Part shown: positions 48,457-58,661 of the stretch, piece by piece
Numbering within the stretch: the first letter of the stretch is position 1
Layout: every line of letters starts with the position of its first letter
Source of the DNA: an uncultured Nitrospiraceae bacterium
GTDB lineage: Bacteria; Nitrospirota; Nitrospiria; Nitrospirales; Nitrospiraceae
NCBI GenBank assembly: GCA_963720035.1
Contig: CAVREB010000016.1
Span: forward strand, 87,756-151,755
Length of the DNA stretch: 64,000 nucleotides
Reading direction: 5' to 3'
Program-made: the position numbers and the translations under genes
The notes under the pieces: model-generated
Told to the model about the DNA's origin: nothing
Databases searched by the model: none
Seen by the model: the letters and a program-made list of their open reading frames with translations, nothing else

Positions 48457-48854
48457 GAACGCAATCCTTTCACAAAGTCCACGATGTCACTCATGGCAGT
48501 CCCAGGCCGGAATAACATTCTCACTCCATTGGCCTTCAGTTTCGGAAGATCGTCATCCGGGATGATGCCGCCGCCGAAGAGGACGATGTGTTCCGCTCCT
48601 CCCTCCCTGAGCAACTCCAATACACGCACGAAGAGAGTATTATGAGCGCCGGATAGGACACTCAGGCCGATGGCATGCACGTCTTCCTGAATTGCCGTGT
48701 TCACCACCTGCTCAGGTGTCTGGTGCAGGCCTGTATAGATCACCTCCATGCCAGCATCCCGCAGCGCGCGAGCTACGAGCTTGACCCCTCGGTCATGGCC
48801 ATCCAACCCAACTTTGCCGATCAAGATCCGGATCGGTGGTGCGGCTACTGCCAT
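48453..48854 (-). CDS. icmB: B12-binding small subunit of acyl-CoA mutase
   Basis: 133 aa with the DxHxxG motif in [17 protein letters not shown] stand-alone cobalamin-binding domain. Confidence 0.85.
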   Translation of the reverse strand: MAVAAPPIRILIGKVGLDGHDRGVKLVARALRDAGMEVIYTGLHQTPEQVVNTAIQEDVHAIGLSVLSGAHNTLFVRVLELLREGGAEHIVLFGGGIIPDDDLPKLKANGVRMLFRPGTAMSDIVDFVKGLRS

Positions 48855-49694
48855 GCTCTGACCTCCTCGAGAAAATATTTCCCCTCGCTATCCTTGCGAA
48901 CATAACCGGCCTGAACCATTGGATCGTGCTCGAAGATCAGCAGCCACTCTCCTTCGAAGGCCCGATCCAGCACCCATCGTTTTGTTTCAAGCGTCTGAAT
49001 CGGGAACAGGTCGTACCCCATGATGTACGGAAGGGGAAGATGTGAAACGGTTGGAATAAGATCCCCCAGGAAAAACGCGACTCGACCCTCCGACTCGATC
49101 TTGATGCTCTGATGGCAACGGGTATGGCCATTCGTCACCACCGCGGAGATTCCCGGCAACAACTCCTGGTCGCCCGTCAGAAACTCCCACTTGTTGACCT
49201 GTGCGAGTTTGGTGAAGTTATCCCGTCGATAACTGACCTTCGTCCGTTCATTCGCGCTGGTTGCGTCCTCATATTCGCCCTGTTGGACGAAGTAGGCAGC
49301 ATTCGGAAAGGCAGGGATCACCGCACCGCTGCTCTCTCTCACCGTATTGCCGCCGGCATGGTCGAAATGCAGATGAGTGTTGATGACCATGTGAATGTCA
49401 TTAGGCCGGAGGCTGTATCGCTGTAGGGATTCTTGCAAGGTCGGCGTGCGATCGACGGCGAATCTCTGGCAGAAACTTCGCGTCTTCCTTGTCGCCTAGA
49501 CCCGTGTCCACGAGAATGTTCTTTCCGTGGGCGCGAATCAGGAGGCAGGTGAGACTCAGCGGGATACGGTTTTGCTCATCCGCTGGGCAGCATCGCTCCC
49601 AGAGGGCCTTCGGCACCACGCCAAACATGGCACCTCCATCCAGCCGAAACCGGCCATCAGTTACCGGAGAGATTTCAAACGCTCCGAGCTTCAT
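48845..49694 (-). pseudogene. MBL-fold metallo-hydrolase split by a single-base insertion (or an assembly indel)
   Basis: ORF 49401..49694 (...ILVDTGLGDKEDAKF) continues in ORF 48845..49438 (...TLQESLQRYSLRPNDIHMVINTHLHFDHAGGN). The shift is at TTT (plus-strand AAA 49473..49475). 850 nt is 283 codons plus 1. Confidence 0.75.
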
Positions 49695-49808
49695 TGCTTC
49701 CTTTCGAACAGGCGAGAGGCAGGAGGGTCAGGGGCTATGGGTGGAAAACTCGATCTCGCCCCTTGCCTTTGCCTCTAGACGCGAATTCGCCCGCAAGGCA
49801 CTGACGCT

Positions 49809-51406
49809 CTATAACACCATCGGCTCATGATAGGTCCCAAACACTTCCTTGAGCGCCGCGCAAATTTCTCCCAACGTCGCCTTCGCCTTGACCGCGTCGA
49901 TCAGGTACGGCATGAGGTTCTCGCTGCAGGAGGCCGCTTCTTGCAGCTCCTCCAAGACACCGGCCATCTTGAACGGATCGCGTGACTTGCGCAGATCGGA
50001 CAGGCGCGCGATCTGTTCTTGCTCCACCTCCGGCCCGATCTTCAACGTGGGAATATGGTTCTCCTCCTTTTCCACATAGTCGTTGACCCCGACGACGATC
50101 CGTTCCTTCCGCTCTATTTCACGTTGATACCGTTGGGAGGCGTCGAGGATTTCTCTTTGTGGAAAGCCGCGCTCGATCGCTTTGCACCATTCCGCCCATC
50201 TCATCCAGCCTGCGGAAGTAGTCGCGCGCTCCCTCTTCGAGGCGGTTCGTGAGCGACTCGACATGATAAGACCCTCCAAGCGGATCGACGGAGTTCGTGA
50301 TTTCGCTCTCGTGAGCGATAATCTGCTGAGTGCGGAGCGCGAGCTTGACCGCATCTTCCGTGGGGAGGGCGAGCGTTTCGTCCATCGAGTTGGTATGGAG
50401 CGATTGCGTGCCTCCCAGCACCGCCGCCAGAGCCTGCAAGGTGGTGCGGACCACGTTGTTCATGGGCTGCTGCGCCGTGAGCGAGCAGCCGGCCGTCTGC
50501 GCATGACAGCGGAGCTGCAAGGATCGCGGATCTTTGGGGTGATAGCGACGCTCCATTTCACGGGCCCAGAGCCGACGGGCCGCCCGGAACTTGGCAATCT
50601 CTTCAAACAAGTCGTTGTGCACGTTGAAAAAGAAGGAGAGCTGCGGGGCGAAGCTGTCCACGGCAAGTCCGGCCTTCACGGCTGCCTCGACGTAGGTCAG
50701 CCCGTCATAGAGGGTAAAGGCCAGTTCCTGCACCGCGTTCGATCCTGCCTCGCGAATGTGATAGCCGCTGATGCTGACCGGATGCCATCTGGGAACCTGT
50801 TTCGCACAGTAGGCGATGGTGTCGGTGATGAGGCGCAGCGAGGGTCCGGGCGGGAAGAGCCATTCCTTCTGGGCGATGTATTCCTTCAGGATGTCGTTCT
50901 GCAACGTGCCGCCGACACGTTCAACGGGACATGCCGCGTTTTTCCGCGACAGCGAGGTACATGGCGAAGATGACAGCCGCCGGTCCATTGATCGTCATCG
51001 ACGTGGTGACCTGGTCGAGGGGAATATCCTCAAAGAGCCGGTCCATATCCGCCAGCGACGAGATTGCGACGCCACAGCGACCGACTTCTCCATGGGCACG
51101 GGAGTCATCCGCGTCAATCCCCATCAAGGTCGGCATGTCGAAGGCGACGCTGAGTCCGTTCTGCCCATGTTGGAGGAGGTATTTGAAGCGGCGATTGGTA
51201 TCGTCGGCAGACCCGAAGCCGGCGAACTGCCGCATGGTCCAGAGCCGGCCACGATACATGGTGGGATAGACGCCGCGAGTATAAGGAAATTCGCCCGGCA
51301 GGCCGAGATCGCTCTCAGGCGACCAGTCCTTCAGATCGTCGCGCGAATAGAGGCGATTGATTTCCAGCCCTGATAGAGAAGTGAACTTAGGTTTGCGTTC
51401 CTGCAT
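49809..51406 (-). pseudogene. icmA: acyl-CoA mutase large (catalytic) subunit, isobutyryl-CoA-mutase-like, with two single-base frameshifts
   Basis: Three ORFs (50921..51406, 50119..50988, 49809..50354) tile one mutase TIM-barrel subunit. The junctions are [23 protein letters not shown] (extra base ~50929) and [16 protein letters not shown] (extra base in 50181..50183). 1598 nt is 532 codons plus 2. Confidence 0.85.
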
Positions 51407-51435
51407 CGATCAGATCCTCCGGCTAGGGGCTAGAG

Positions 51436-52353
51436 TCAGATCTTATTGATCGTTGCTCCGTGCCTCTCGCCGCTTGCCTCATACCCATAGAACCCGTGAC
51501 CGGATTTGCGCCCCAGCCATCCGGCTTCGACATAACGACGAAGCAAGGGACAGGGACGAAACTTGGGATCTCCCAAGTCCTGGTGAAGGACCTCGCAGAT
51601 GGCGAGCACTGTGTCCAACCCAATGCGGTCGGCGAGTGCCAGTGGCCCTACGGGATGATTCGCCCCCGTCGTCATCGCCAGGTCGATGTCTTCGGCTGAG
51701 GCGACCCCCTCTTCCAACGTGAAGATGGCTTCATTGATCATCGGAATCAGGACACGGTTCACGATGAACCCTGGCACGTCCTTGGCCACCACGGGAGTCT
51801 TCCCCAGCCGCTTTGCCATTTCCATTGCCAGATTCAACGTCTGCTCTGATGTTTCGATCCCCCGCACGACTTCCACGAGATGCATCACGGGGGCCGGATT
51901 CATGAAGTGCAGCCCGACGACTCGGTCTGGCCGACCGGAGGCTGTTCCCAGCTTGGTGATCGAAATCGAGGAGGTATTACTGGCGAGGACCGCCTGAGGC
52001 TGGCAAATTCGGTGTAGTTTAGCGAAGAGGTCCTGCTTTAAGGCGAGATCTTCCGGGATCGCTTCGATAACGAGTTGCACGTCGTGCAATCGGTCGAGAT
52101 GAACTATCGGACGGATGAGCGCCAGCACTCCTCCGGCTTGATGGCCGGTGAGGGTTCCCCGTTCCACGGCTCGTTCTAGGCCTAAGCGAATCTTGGTGAG
52201 CGCCTCGGTTAATGATGGATCCGCAACATCGACCAGCAGAACGTGATAGCCGGCCGTCGCGCAGACCTGGGCGATGCCGCGGCCCATCTGGCCCGCGCCG
52301 ACCACACCGATGGTTGTGACGTCATCGAGTTTCATCGTCTCATCATTCGTCAT
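51436..52353 (-). CDS. 3-hydroxyacyl/3-hydroxybutyryl-CoA dehydrogenase
   Basis: Rossmann [16 protein letters not shown] and HFMNPAP. 305 aa. Confidence 0.9.
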   Translation of the reverse strand: MTNDETMKLDDVTTIGVVGAGQMGRGIAQVCATAGYHVLLVDVADPSLTEALTKIRLGLERAVERGTLTGHQAGGVLALIRPIVHLDRLHDVQLVIEAIPEDLALKQDLFAKLHRICQPQAVLASNTSSISITKLGTASGRPDRVVGLHFMNPAPVMHLVEVVRGIETSEQTLNLAMEMAKRLGKTPVVAKDVPGFIVNRVLIPMINEAIFTLEEGVASAEDIDLAMTTGANHPVGPLALADRIGLDTVLAICEVLHQDLGDPKFRPCPLLRRYVEAGWLGRKSGHGFYGYEASGERHGATINKI

Positions 52354-52398
52354 TCGTCGTAGGTTTCGTCACGAGTCACAGTTGATAATGGCCTAGGC

Positions 52399-53584
52399 TC
52401 ACCTCTCCACAATCATCGCCAACGCTTCTCCTCCCCCAATACAGAGGGCGGCGAGACCTCGACGGGCACCACGGGCTTCCATCGCATGGAGCAGGGTCGT
52501 AAGAATCCGCGCACCGGTAGCACCGATCGGATGGCCCAATGCGACTGCGCCACCATTGACGTTGACTCTCTTTGGGTCGAGTCCTAACTCGCGGTTGATC
52601 GCGAGAGATACGGCTGAGAAAGCTTCATTGATCTCAAACAGATCGATGTCGTCTACAGAAAGACCGGTCTTCTTGAGTACCAGCTTGATGGCATCGACCG
52701 GCGCGATCGTGAACCACTCCGGTGCCAATGCCGCGCCGGCGTACCCGACGATCCGAGCCATGGGCATGAGGCCCAGGTTCTCCGCCTCCTCCTCAGTCAT
52801 GACGACCAACGCTGCCGCTCCGTCGTTACAGGAGGGCGAATTGCCGACGGTCAGGACTCCATCCTCCTGGAACACCGGTTTCAGTTCGCGCAGGCGCGTC
52901 AGATCGACCCGGTTCGGCTCCTCATCATCTGCCACAGCGAGGACCAGCCCTTTCTTCTGCGGCACGTCAACCGTCACAATCTCCCGCTTGAATGTTCCCG
53001 ATGGCGACGGCTTCCCTGGCGCGCCGATAGCTTTCCAGCGCAAAGTCGTCGAGTTCGTTTCTGGTCAACCGGTACTTTGCGGCACAGAGTTCGCCACCAT
53101 GGCCCATATGGAAATTGTTATAGACGTCCCACAAACCGTCTTTGACCAGGCTGTCGACCAACTCCGCATGTCCGAGGCGATACCCCTGCCGGGCCTTCTC
53201 CAACAGATACGGCGCACGGGTCATGTTCTCCATGCCACCTGCCACAACAATCCTCGCTTCACCAAGCGCAATGGCCTGGGATGCCATGATCACGGCCTTG
53301 AGGCTGGACCCGCAGACTTTGTTGATCGTGGTTGCGCCGACTGAACTCGGAATTCCGGCACCGATCGACGCTTGCCTGGCCGGTGCCTGGCCGAGCCCGG
53401 CACTGAGAACACAGCCCATATAGACCTCGTCCACGCGCTCGGGAGGAAGGTGAATGCGCTGTAATGCTTCAGCAATGGCAATGCTGCCAAGCTTGGTCGC
53501 GGCCAGGGGGCTGAACACCCCGTGAAAACTGCCCATCGGCGTTCGCACGGCACTCGCAATGACCGCCTGTTTCTTCTCACTCAC
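52399..53584 (-). pseudogene. acetyl-CoA acetyltransferase (thiolase II) split by a single-base insertion (or an assembly indel)
   Basis: ORF 52967..53584 (VCGSSLKAV active-site Cys region) and ORF 52399..53043 (NVNGGAVALGHPIGATGARIL, CIGGGEALA). The junction REAVA/SGTFKREIVTV lies near 53002. 1186 nt is 395 codons plus 1. Confidence 0.85.
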
Positions 53585-53633
53585 GACAGGGCCTCCTTTA
53601 CGCGACTCTCGTCTGACGCCTTACGCGTGCCGT

Positions 53634-54776
53634 TCACAGGATCTGTTCCCAGTGACTCTGTTCGAGCAAGCCTTTCATCTTTGCCATGAATTGGTCCGCC
53701 GTTGCCCCGTCGATGACCCGGTGGTCGAACGAAAGGCTGAGATAGCCCATGGGATGGATCACAATGACATCATTGAGAACCACAGCGCGTTTCTGAATCG
53801 CGCCGACGCCTAGGATGGCGATCTGGGGTTGATGAATAATCGGCGTGCTGAACAGGCTGCCGAATCCGCCGTGGTTCGTGATCGTGAACGTTCCTCCTTG
53901 GACCTCCTCGGGGTTCAGTTTCTTGGACCTGGCTCGCTCGGCCAGGTCTGCCACTTCTTTGGCTAATTGCGTCAAACCCTTTCTATCTGCATGTCGCACT
54001 ACCGGCACCAGGAGCCCATCGTCCAGCGCCGTCGCAATACCGATATGAATGTCTTTCTTGACGACGATGCCTTGCTCGCTCCAAGACGAATTCACGACCG
54101 GCACCTCTCGAATGGCACGGGTCACAGCACGGATCACAAAGGGGAGATAGGTCAGGCCTCGGCCTTCCCTGAATTTGGCTATGCCCGTGAAGTCAGCTTC
54201 AAAGAAGGTCGTGACATGGGCTGAAGTTTGGCCGCTCTTGACCATCCGATCGGCAATCGTTCTGCGCATCTGTGTGAAGGGGAGAATTTCTTCACCCATT
54301 GACTGCTCATCGCTGCGAGTTGCTCCCGTGACTGGAGCGCCACTCCGAGCGATGAAATCATGCACATCCTTCTTGGTTACCCGTCCGCCGGTTCCGGTTC
54401 CTTTCACCTGTGCCAGATTCACTCCATGGTCCTTGGCCAGTTGTCGGACGGCCGGAGAATGGTGGTCTCCGCCTTCGGGAGTCGGTTCCATGGGACGGAC
54501 GACCACCCCGCCAACACGGTTAATGGCTTCGGAGGGAGAGGTACTCGCAATTCGAGCCAGAAGAGTTCCCACGGGAACCGTCTCGCCCTCCTGGACGACG
54601 ATTTCGCTCAGCACTCCTGTTGCCGGTGAAGGAATTTCCAACGCCACCTTTTCAGTTTCCACTTCCAAGAGGGATTGGTCCTTTTCGATCAGCCCACCGA
54701 CAGGGACAAGCCATTTCACGACGGTTCCTTCAGCGATGCTTTCTCCGAGCTGGGGCATAATGATGTCGGTAGCCAT
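53634..54776 (-). CDS. dihydrolipoamide acyltransferase (E2) of a 2-oxoacid dehydrogenase complex
   Basis: Lipoyl domain (LLEVETEKVALEIPSP), E3-binding domain (SPAVRQLAKDHGVNL) and catalytic domain with DHRVIDGA. Confidence 0.9.
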   Translation of the reverse strand: MATDIIMPQLGESIAEGTVVKWLVPVGGLIEKDQSLLEVETEKVALEIPSPATGVLSEIVVQEGETVPVGTLLARIASTSPSEAINRVGGVVVRPMEPTPEGGDHHSPAVRQLAKDHGVNLAQVKGTGTGGRVTKKDVHDFIARSGAPVTGATRSDEQSMGEEILPFTQMRRTIADRMVKSGQTSAHVTTFFEADFTGIAKFREGRGLTYLPFVIRAVTRAIREVPVVNSSWSEQGIVVKKDIHIGIATALDDGLLVPVVRHADRKGLTQLAKEVADLAERARSKKLNPEEVQGGTFTITNHGGFGSLFSTPIIHQPQIAILGVGAIQKRAVVLNDVIVIHPMGYLSLSFDHRVIDGATADQFMAKMKGLLEQSHWEQIL

Positions 54777-54861
54777 ATGAAATCCGTGAGACGTTAGGCA
54801 ATAAACCTGAGTCGGGAAAGAACTTCCATTTACGCCTGACCCCTCACGCCTTACGCAAAAA

Positions 54862-55855
54862 TCAATACGCTGCCAACTTCCGCGCTGCTGTCACGATGTC
54901 GCTGACCTTCGGCAGAAAATATTCTTCGAGCGGCGTGCTGAACGGCACCGGCGTGTCCGGGGGAGCGATGCGGAGCACTGGTCCATCCAAATGGTCGAAA
55001 CAGTCTTCCGCTAACAACGCCGCGATCTCGGCTCCGATCCCGCCGGTCTTGTTATCCTCATGCAGCAGGATCGCTTTGCTGGTCTTGCGCACCGATCCAT
55101 AAATAGTCTCTTTGTCGAGTGGGATCAATGTGCGCAGATCGACGATCTCCAAGTCGATGCCCTCCTGCCCCAGCAGCTCAGCCGCTTCCAATGCCAGGTG
55201 GACCATCGCCCCATAGGTGATGAGAGAGATGTCGTTGCCCACGCGCTTCACGTCGGCCTTGCCGATCGGGACGATGTAGTCCTCCTTCGGCAATGTCGCT
55301 TTTATTCGTCTATAGAGAAACTTATGCTCGAAGTAGAGGACGGGGTTTGGGTCACGAATCGCGGCTTTGAGGAGACCCTTCGCGTCATAGGGTGTGGAGG
55401 GGGCTACAATCTTGAGGCCGGGCGAGTGGAAGAACCAGCCTTCCGGACATTCTGAGTGAAAGGGGCCCGCCATGCACGCCGCCGCCGAAGGGAGCACGGA
55501 TGACCATCGGCACCGCGGCTCCCCAGCGATAATGATTCTTGGCCGCGACCTCGGTGATCTGGTCGAATGCGCAGGAGATGAAGTCGGCGAACTGCATTTC
55601 CACGACCGGCCGCAGGCCCATCATCGCCGCGCCGATCGCGGCGCCAACGAACCCTGATTCAGCCAACGGAGTATCGAGGACGCGCCATTCGCCGTACTTC
55701 GCCATGAGGCCTTCCGTGATCTTGAAGGCGCCGCCATAGGTGCCGATGTCTTCGCCCATCAGAAAGACGCGTTCGTCGCGAGCCATTTCCTCGTCCAGAG
55801 CCTGGGAGATGGCTTCCAGGTATGTCACTTCGGATTGAGCGGTGGCTGTGGTCAT
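54862..55855 (-). pseudogene. 2-oxoacid dehydrogenase E1 beta subunit split by a single-base insertion (or an assembly indel)
   Basis: ORF 55385..55855 (...[12 protein letters not shown]) continues in ORF 54862..55497 ([19 protein letters not shown]...). There is an extra C in a C4 run (plus-strand G4 55462..55465). 994 nt is 331 codons plus 1. Confidence 0.85.
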
Positions 55856-56853
55856 GATGCCACCTCATCCTCGGTGGCGAAGACTCCCTCCAACACTTCC
55901 GGTCCTGCCGGCAGCGGACTCTGCTCCGCAAACTCCAGGCCAGCTTCGACTTCCTTCTTGACCCGCTCTCCAACCTCATGGAAATAGGCATCATCGCCAT
56001 AGCCGAGCTGTGCGAGTAGCTGTTCGGCCTTGAGGATCGGATCTTTCTTCTTCCATTCCTCCAGCAATTCACGAGGCACATACTTTGCTGGATCATGCTC
56101 AGAATGGCCGTGCATCCTCATGGTTTTGAATTCGAGGAAGGTGGGCCCTTCGCCTGCACGGGCTCTTTCGATAGCACGAGTGGAAGCCAGGTACACGGCT
56201 GCCACATCATTTCCATCCACGATCTCGGCAGGCATCCCGTAGGCCTTCGCCCGGTCGGCCACGTCGTGGATAGCCATCTGTAGACGTTGCGGCGTCGAAT
56301 AGGCGTATTGATTGTTGTTGCAGAAGAACACGACGGGGAGTGTGCGCACCGCCGCAAAGTTCATCGCTTCGTGGAAGTCGCCGCGGCTGGTACCGCCGTC
56401 GCCGGTGCCGGTGAAGGCGACGCGACGCTCCCCTCTAATCTTAAACGCCAGGGCGACACCGGTCGCGACGGGCAGATTGTCGGCCAGGTGACTGACAAAG
56501 CCGATCATGCCGCGCTTGAGATCGCCCATGTGCACGTTGCCGTCCTTGCCTTTGCTGGGGCCAGTGCGTTTGCCGAGGTAATGGGCGAGGACTTCACCTG
56601 GCGTGAAGCCGCGGATGAGGAATGCTCCCATGTCCCGGTGAAAGGGCGCGATGACGTCATCACGTTCCAGCGCAGAGGCATAGCCGACTGCAATCGCTTC
56701 CATCCCGTGGCTGGTGTACACGCCGCCGACGATACGACCTTGACGATAGAGGGCGGTGATGCGGTCCTCGAGGGCTCTGGTGAGCCGGAGGTAGTAGTAC
56801 ATCTGGAGCAGGTCGGCTCGCTTGATGGTCCTTGTCACGTCTGCCATGTCCAT
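55852..56853 (-). CDS. 2-oxoacid dehydrogenase E1 alpha subunit (TPP-dependent)
   Basis: GAGGAGGAG RBS before ATG 56853 (MDMADVT). TPP motif [24 protein letters not shown] overlap with E1 beta. Confidence 0.85.
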   Translation of the reverse strand: MDMADVTRTIKRADLLQMYYYLRLTRALEDRITALYRQGRIVGGVYTSHGMEAIAVGYASALERDDVIAPFHRDMGAFLIRGFTPGEVLAHYLGKRTGPSKGKDGNVHMGDLKRGMIGFVSHLADNLPVATGVALAFKIRGERRVAFTGTGDGGTSRGDFHEAMNFAAVRTLPVVFFCNNNQYAYSTPQRLQMAIHDVADRAKAYGMPAEIVDGNDVAAVYLASTRAIERARAGEGPTFLEFKTMRMHGHSEHDPAKYVPRELLEEWKKKDPILKAEQLLAQLGYGDDAYFHEVGERVKKEVEAGLEFAEQSPLPAGPEVLEGVFATEDEVAS

Positions 56854-56887
56854 GGACTCCTCCTCGCAGAGCGGTGGAACTGATGCG

Positions 56888-57643
56888 TCAGATTTCCGGC
56901 ATATCTCTCCAGGACAGCAGGGGCTGATTGTTCTTGCACAGCGGGCATTGATCCGGTTCCCACTGCGGCATGTCGAGGTCAGCGGCATAATAGAACGGAT
57001 ACCGGGCAATGAGTTCCTCCATGAGCGGAAACTGACCACTGTCCCGCCTGGCAAAGACCATCATGCCGGCCAGTATTCCACCGTTGTCGGTGATAACCTT
57101 GCCGAGCTTGCTCACACAATTTCCGCGGGTGGTGACATCGTTGAGCGCCACGAACCGCTCGCCTGGTTTGATCGTGCCGATCGTGATGTCCGTCCCGATC
57201 CGTCCGGTCTTGCAACTGTACGGCGTCAACGTCACGCGCAATCGCATCGTGTCGGAGAGGGCATCCGCAATTCCTTCGGCGAGCAACTCCGCGGCCGAGG
57301 TGGTTGCAACGAGGCCGCTTATCGGATGGCTCTGGAACGTCCGTCCGATCCATTCTGCCATGTCCCGGGCCAGCAGCCTGATCAGCTCTGGGAAACGTGC
57401 AACGGACTCGAACCGCAGATAGGTGGCTGTGTGGTGGCCTGATACCACTTCCACGTGAGTATCGAAGAATACCGACCGAGAGGTCCGCAGGATCCGCAGG
57501 ATATCCCAACCGGTGAGCTCCTTATGCGAGCCGTCGCGAATAATAGTTTCCAGCTTGGTATCGATCGCCGGTCCGTCGTACAAGACATGGTGCCGCTGGA
57601 CTAGTTTTGCAATGGTCTGTTCATCTGTCGCATGGACGCTCAT
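56888..57643 (-). CDS. phosphoribosyltransferase-like protein with C-terminal CxxC
   Basis: PRPP-loop-like FVALNDVTTRGN, a PRTase-fold impression, and a C-terminal QCPLCKNN. Start ATG 57643 behind GAGGA. Confidence 0.5.
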   Translation of the reverse strand: MSVHATDEQTIAKLVQRHHVLYDGPAIDTKLETIIRDGSHKELTGWDILRILRTSRSVFFDTHVEVVSGHHTATYLRFESVARFPELIRLLARDMAEWIGRTFQSHPISGLVATTSAAELLAEGIADALSDTMRLRVTLTPYSCKTGRIGTDITIGTIKPGERFVALNDVTTRGNCVSKLGKVITDNGGILAGMMVFARRDSGQFPLMEELIARYPFYYAADLDMPQWEPDQCPLCKNNQPLLSWRDMPEI

Positions 57644-57659
57644 GATCCGGTCCTCGTAT

Positions 57660-58661
57660 CTATTCACTGGCTATTTTGGCTATGCGTGTCTTGAGAACGC
57701 CGATCGGCTCAATCTCCAACTCCACGACATCTCCGGGGTTCAGGTAGCGGTCCAGTTCCAGGCCGCATCCACCCCCGACCGTCCCTGAACCAAAAAGGTC
57801 GCCCGGGTAGATGGCCTCGCCTCGCGAGACGTGCGCGATCATCTGCGGAAACGACCAATGAATGGACCCAAATCGTCCTTGTGACCAGACTTCTCCATTG
57901 ACCCTGGCGATCATGGTCAGGGCATTCAGGTCCGGGATTTCATCTGGAGTGAGAAGGCAGGGCCCGATTGCGGTGGCGAAATCCTTTCCTTTCGCCGGCC
58001 CCAGCCGACAAGCCATTTCTTGGAACTGGATGTCTCTTGCGCTGAAGTCGTTCATAATTGTGTACCCGGCGATGTACTCTGGCGCCTCCTGCTCCGAGAT
58101 ATCTTGCCCCCTGCGGCCAATGACACAGGCCAACTCCAGTTCGTAGTCCAACTTGGTGGTTTTCAGTGGCCATGCCAGTTCTTCGTTCGGTCCAATAATC
58201 GTCCGGTGGTTGCCTTTATAGTAGACGGGAGCCTTGTACCACTCTGGTGGAATGGGTTGCCCGCGCTTCTTGGACGTTGCAGCAATGTGTTCTTCAAAGG
58301 CAATAAAGTCGCGCAGGGATGGCGGATTGGGAAGAGGGGAAATCATCCGGACGCTGGCGGAGTGATACCAGATCACTTCTCCCATCGGACCCTTGACCGA
58401 TTGGCCAAGGGTCGCGACATAGCCGATTGCCAGACGCGCTGCCGCCATGGTTGATGGGCCTCCCTCGAGGAACTCGAGCATGGTGGGAGGCAGCTGTGCG
58501 TTGGCCAAGCGGTACGGCTGCGCTTCCTGCTGGTCGGCCAGGTATCTGGCATAGGCCATGTTCAGATCCAGGAAGTGCTGGTCGCGGAGGGCACCGACCC
58601 TCGTGAAGGTTCCCACAGGCGTCTGCACTTGAAAACTGCATAGCTTCATCGCCGACTCCAA
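57660..58661 (-). CDS. fumarylacetoacetate hydrolase (FAH) family protein
   Basis: C-terminal FAH fold (YELELACVIG, NDFSARDIQ, PGDLFGSGTVGG). Directly downstream of the homogentisate dioxygenase gene. Confidence 0.8.
   Translation of the reverse strand: MESAMKLCSFQVQTPVGTFTRVGALRDQHFLDLNMAYARYLADQQEAQPYRLANAQLPPTMLEFLEGGPSTMAAARLAIGYVATLGQSVKGPMGEVIWYHSASVRMISPLPNPPSLRDFIAFEEHIAATSKKRGQPIPPEWYKAPVYYKGNHRTIIGPNEELAWPLKTTKLDYELELACVIGRRGQDISEQEAPEYIAGYTIMNDFSARDIQFQEMACRLGPAKGKDFATAIGPCLLTPDEIPDLNALTMIARVNGEVWSQGRFGSIHWSFPQMIAHVSRGEAIYPGDLFGSGTVGGGCGLELDRYLNPGDVVELEIEPIGVLKTRIAKIASE

Noticed and set aside
2870-55855. Programmed ribosomal frameshifting or recoding as an explanation for the seven split genes.
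   Set aside because: No slippery heptamers or stimulatory structures occur at the junctions. The genes (clpB, thiolase, E1 beta, the mutase) are not known to use recoding. Each case is explained by one base gained or lost.
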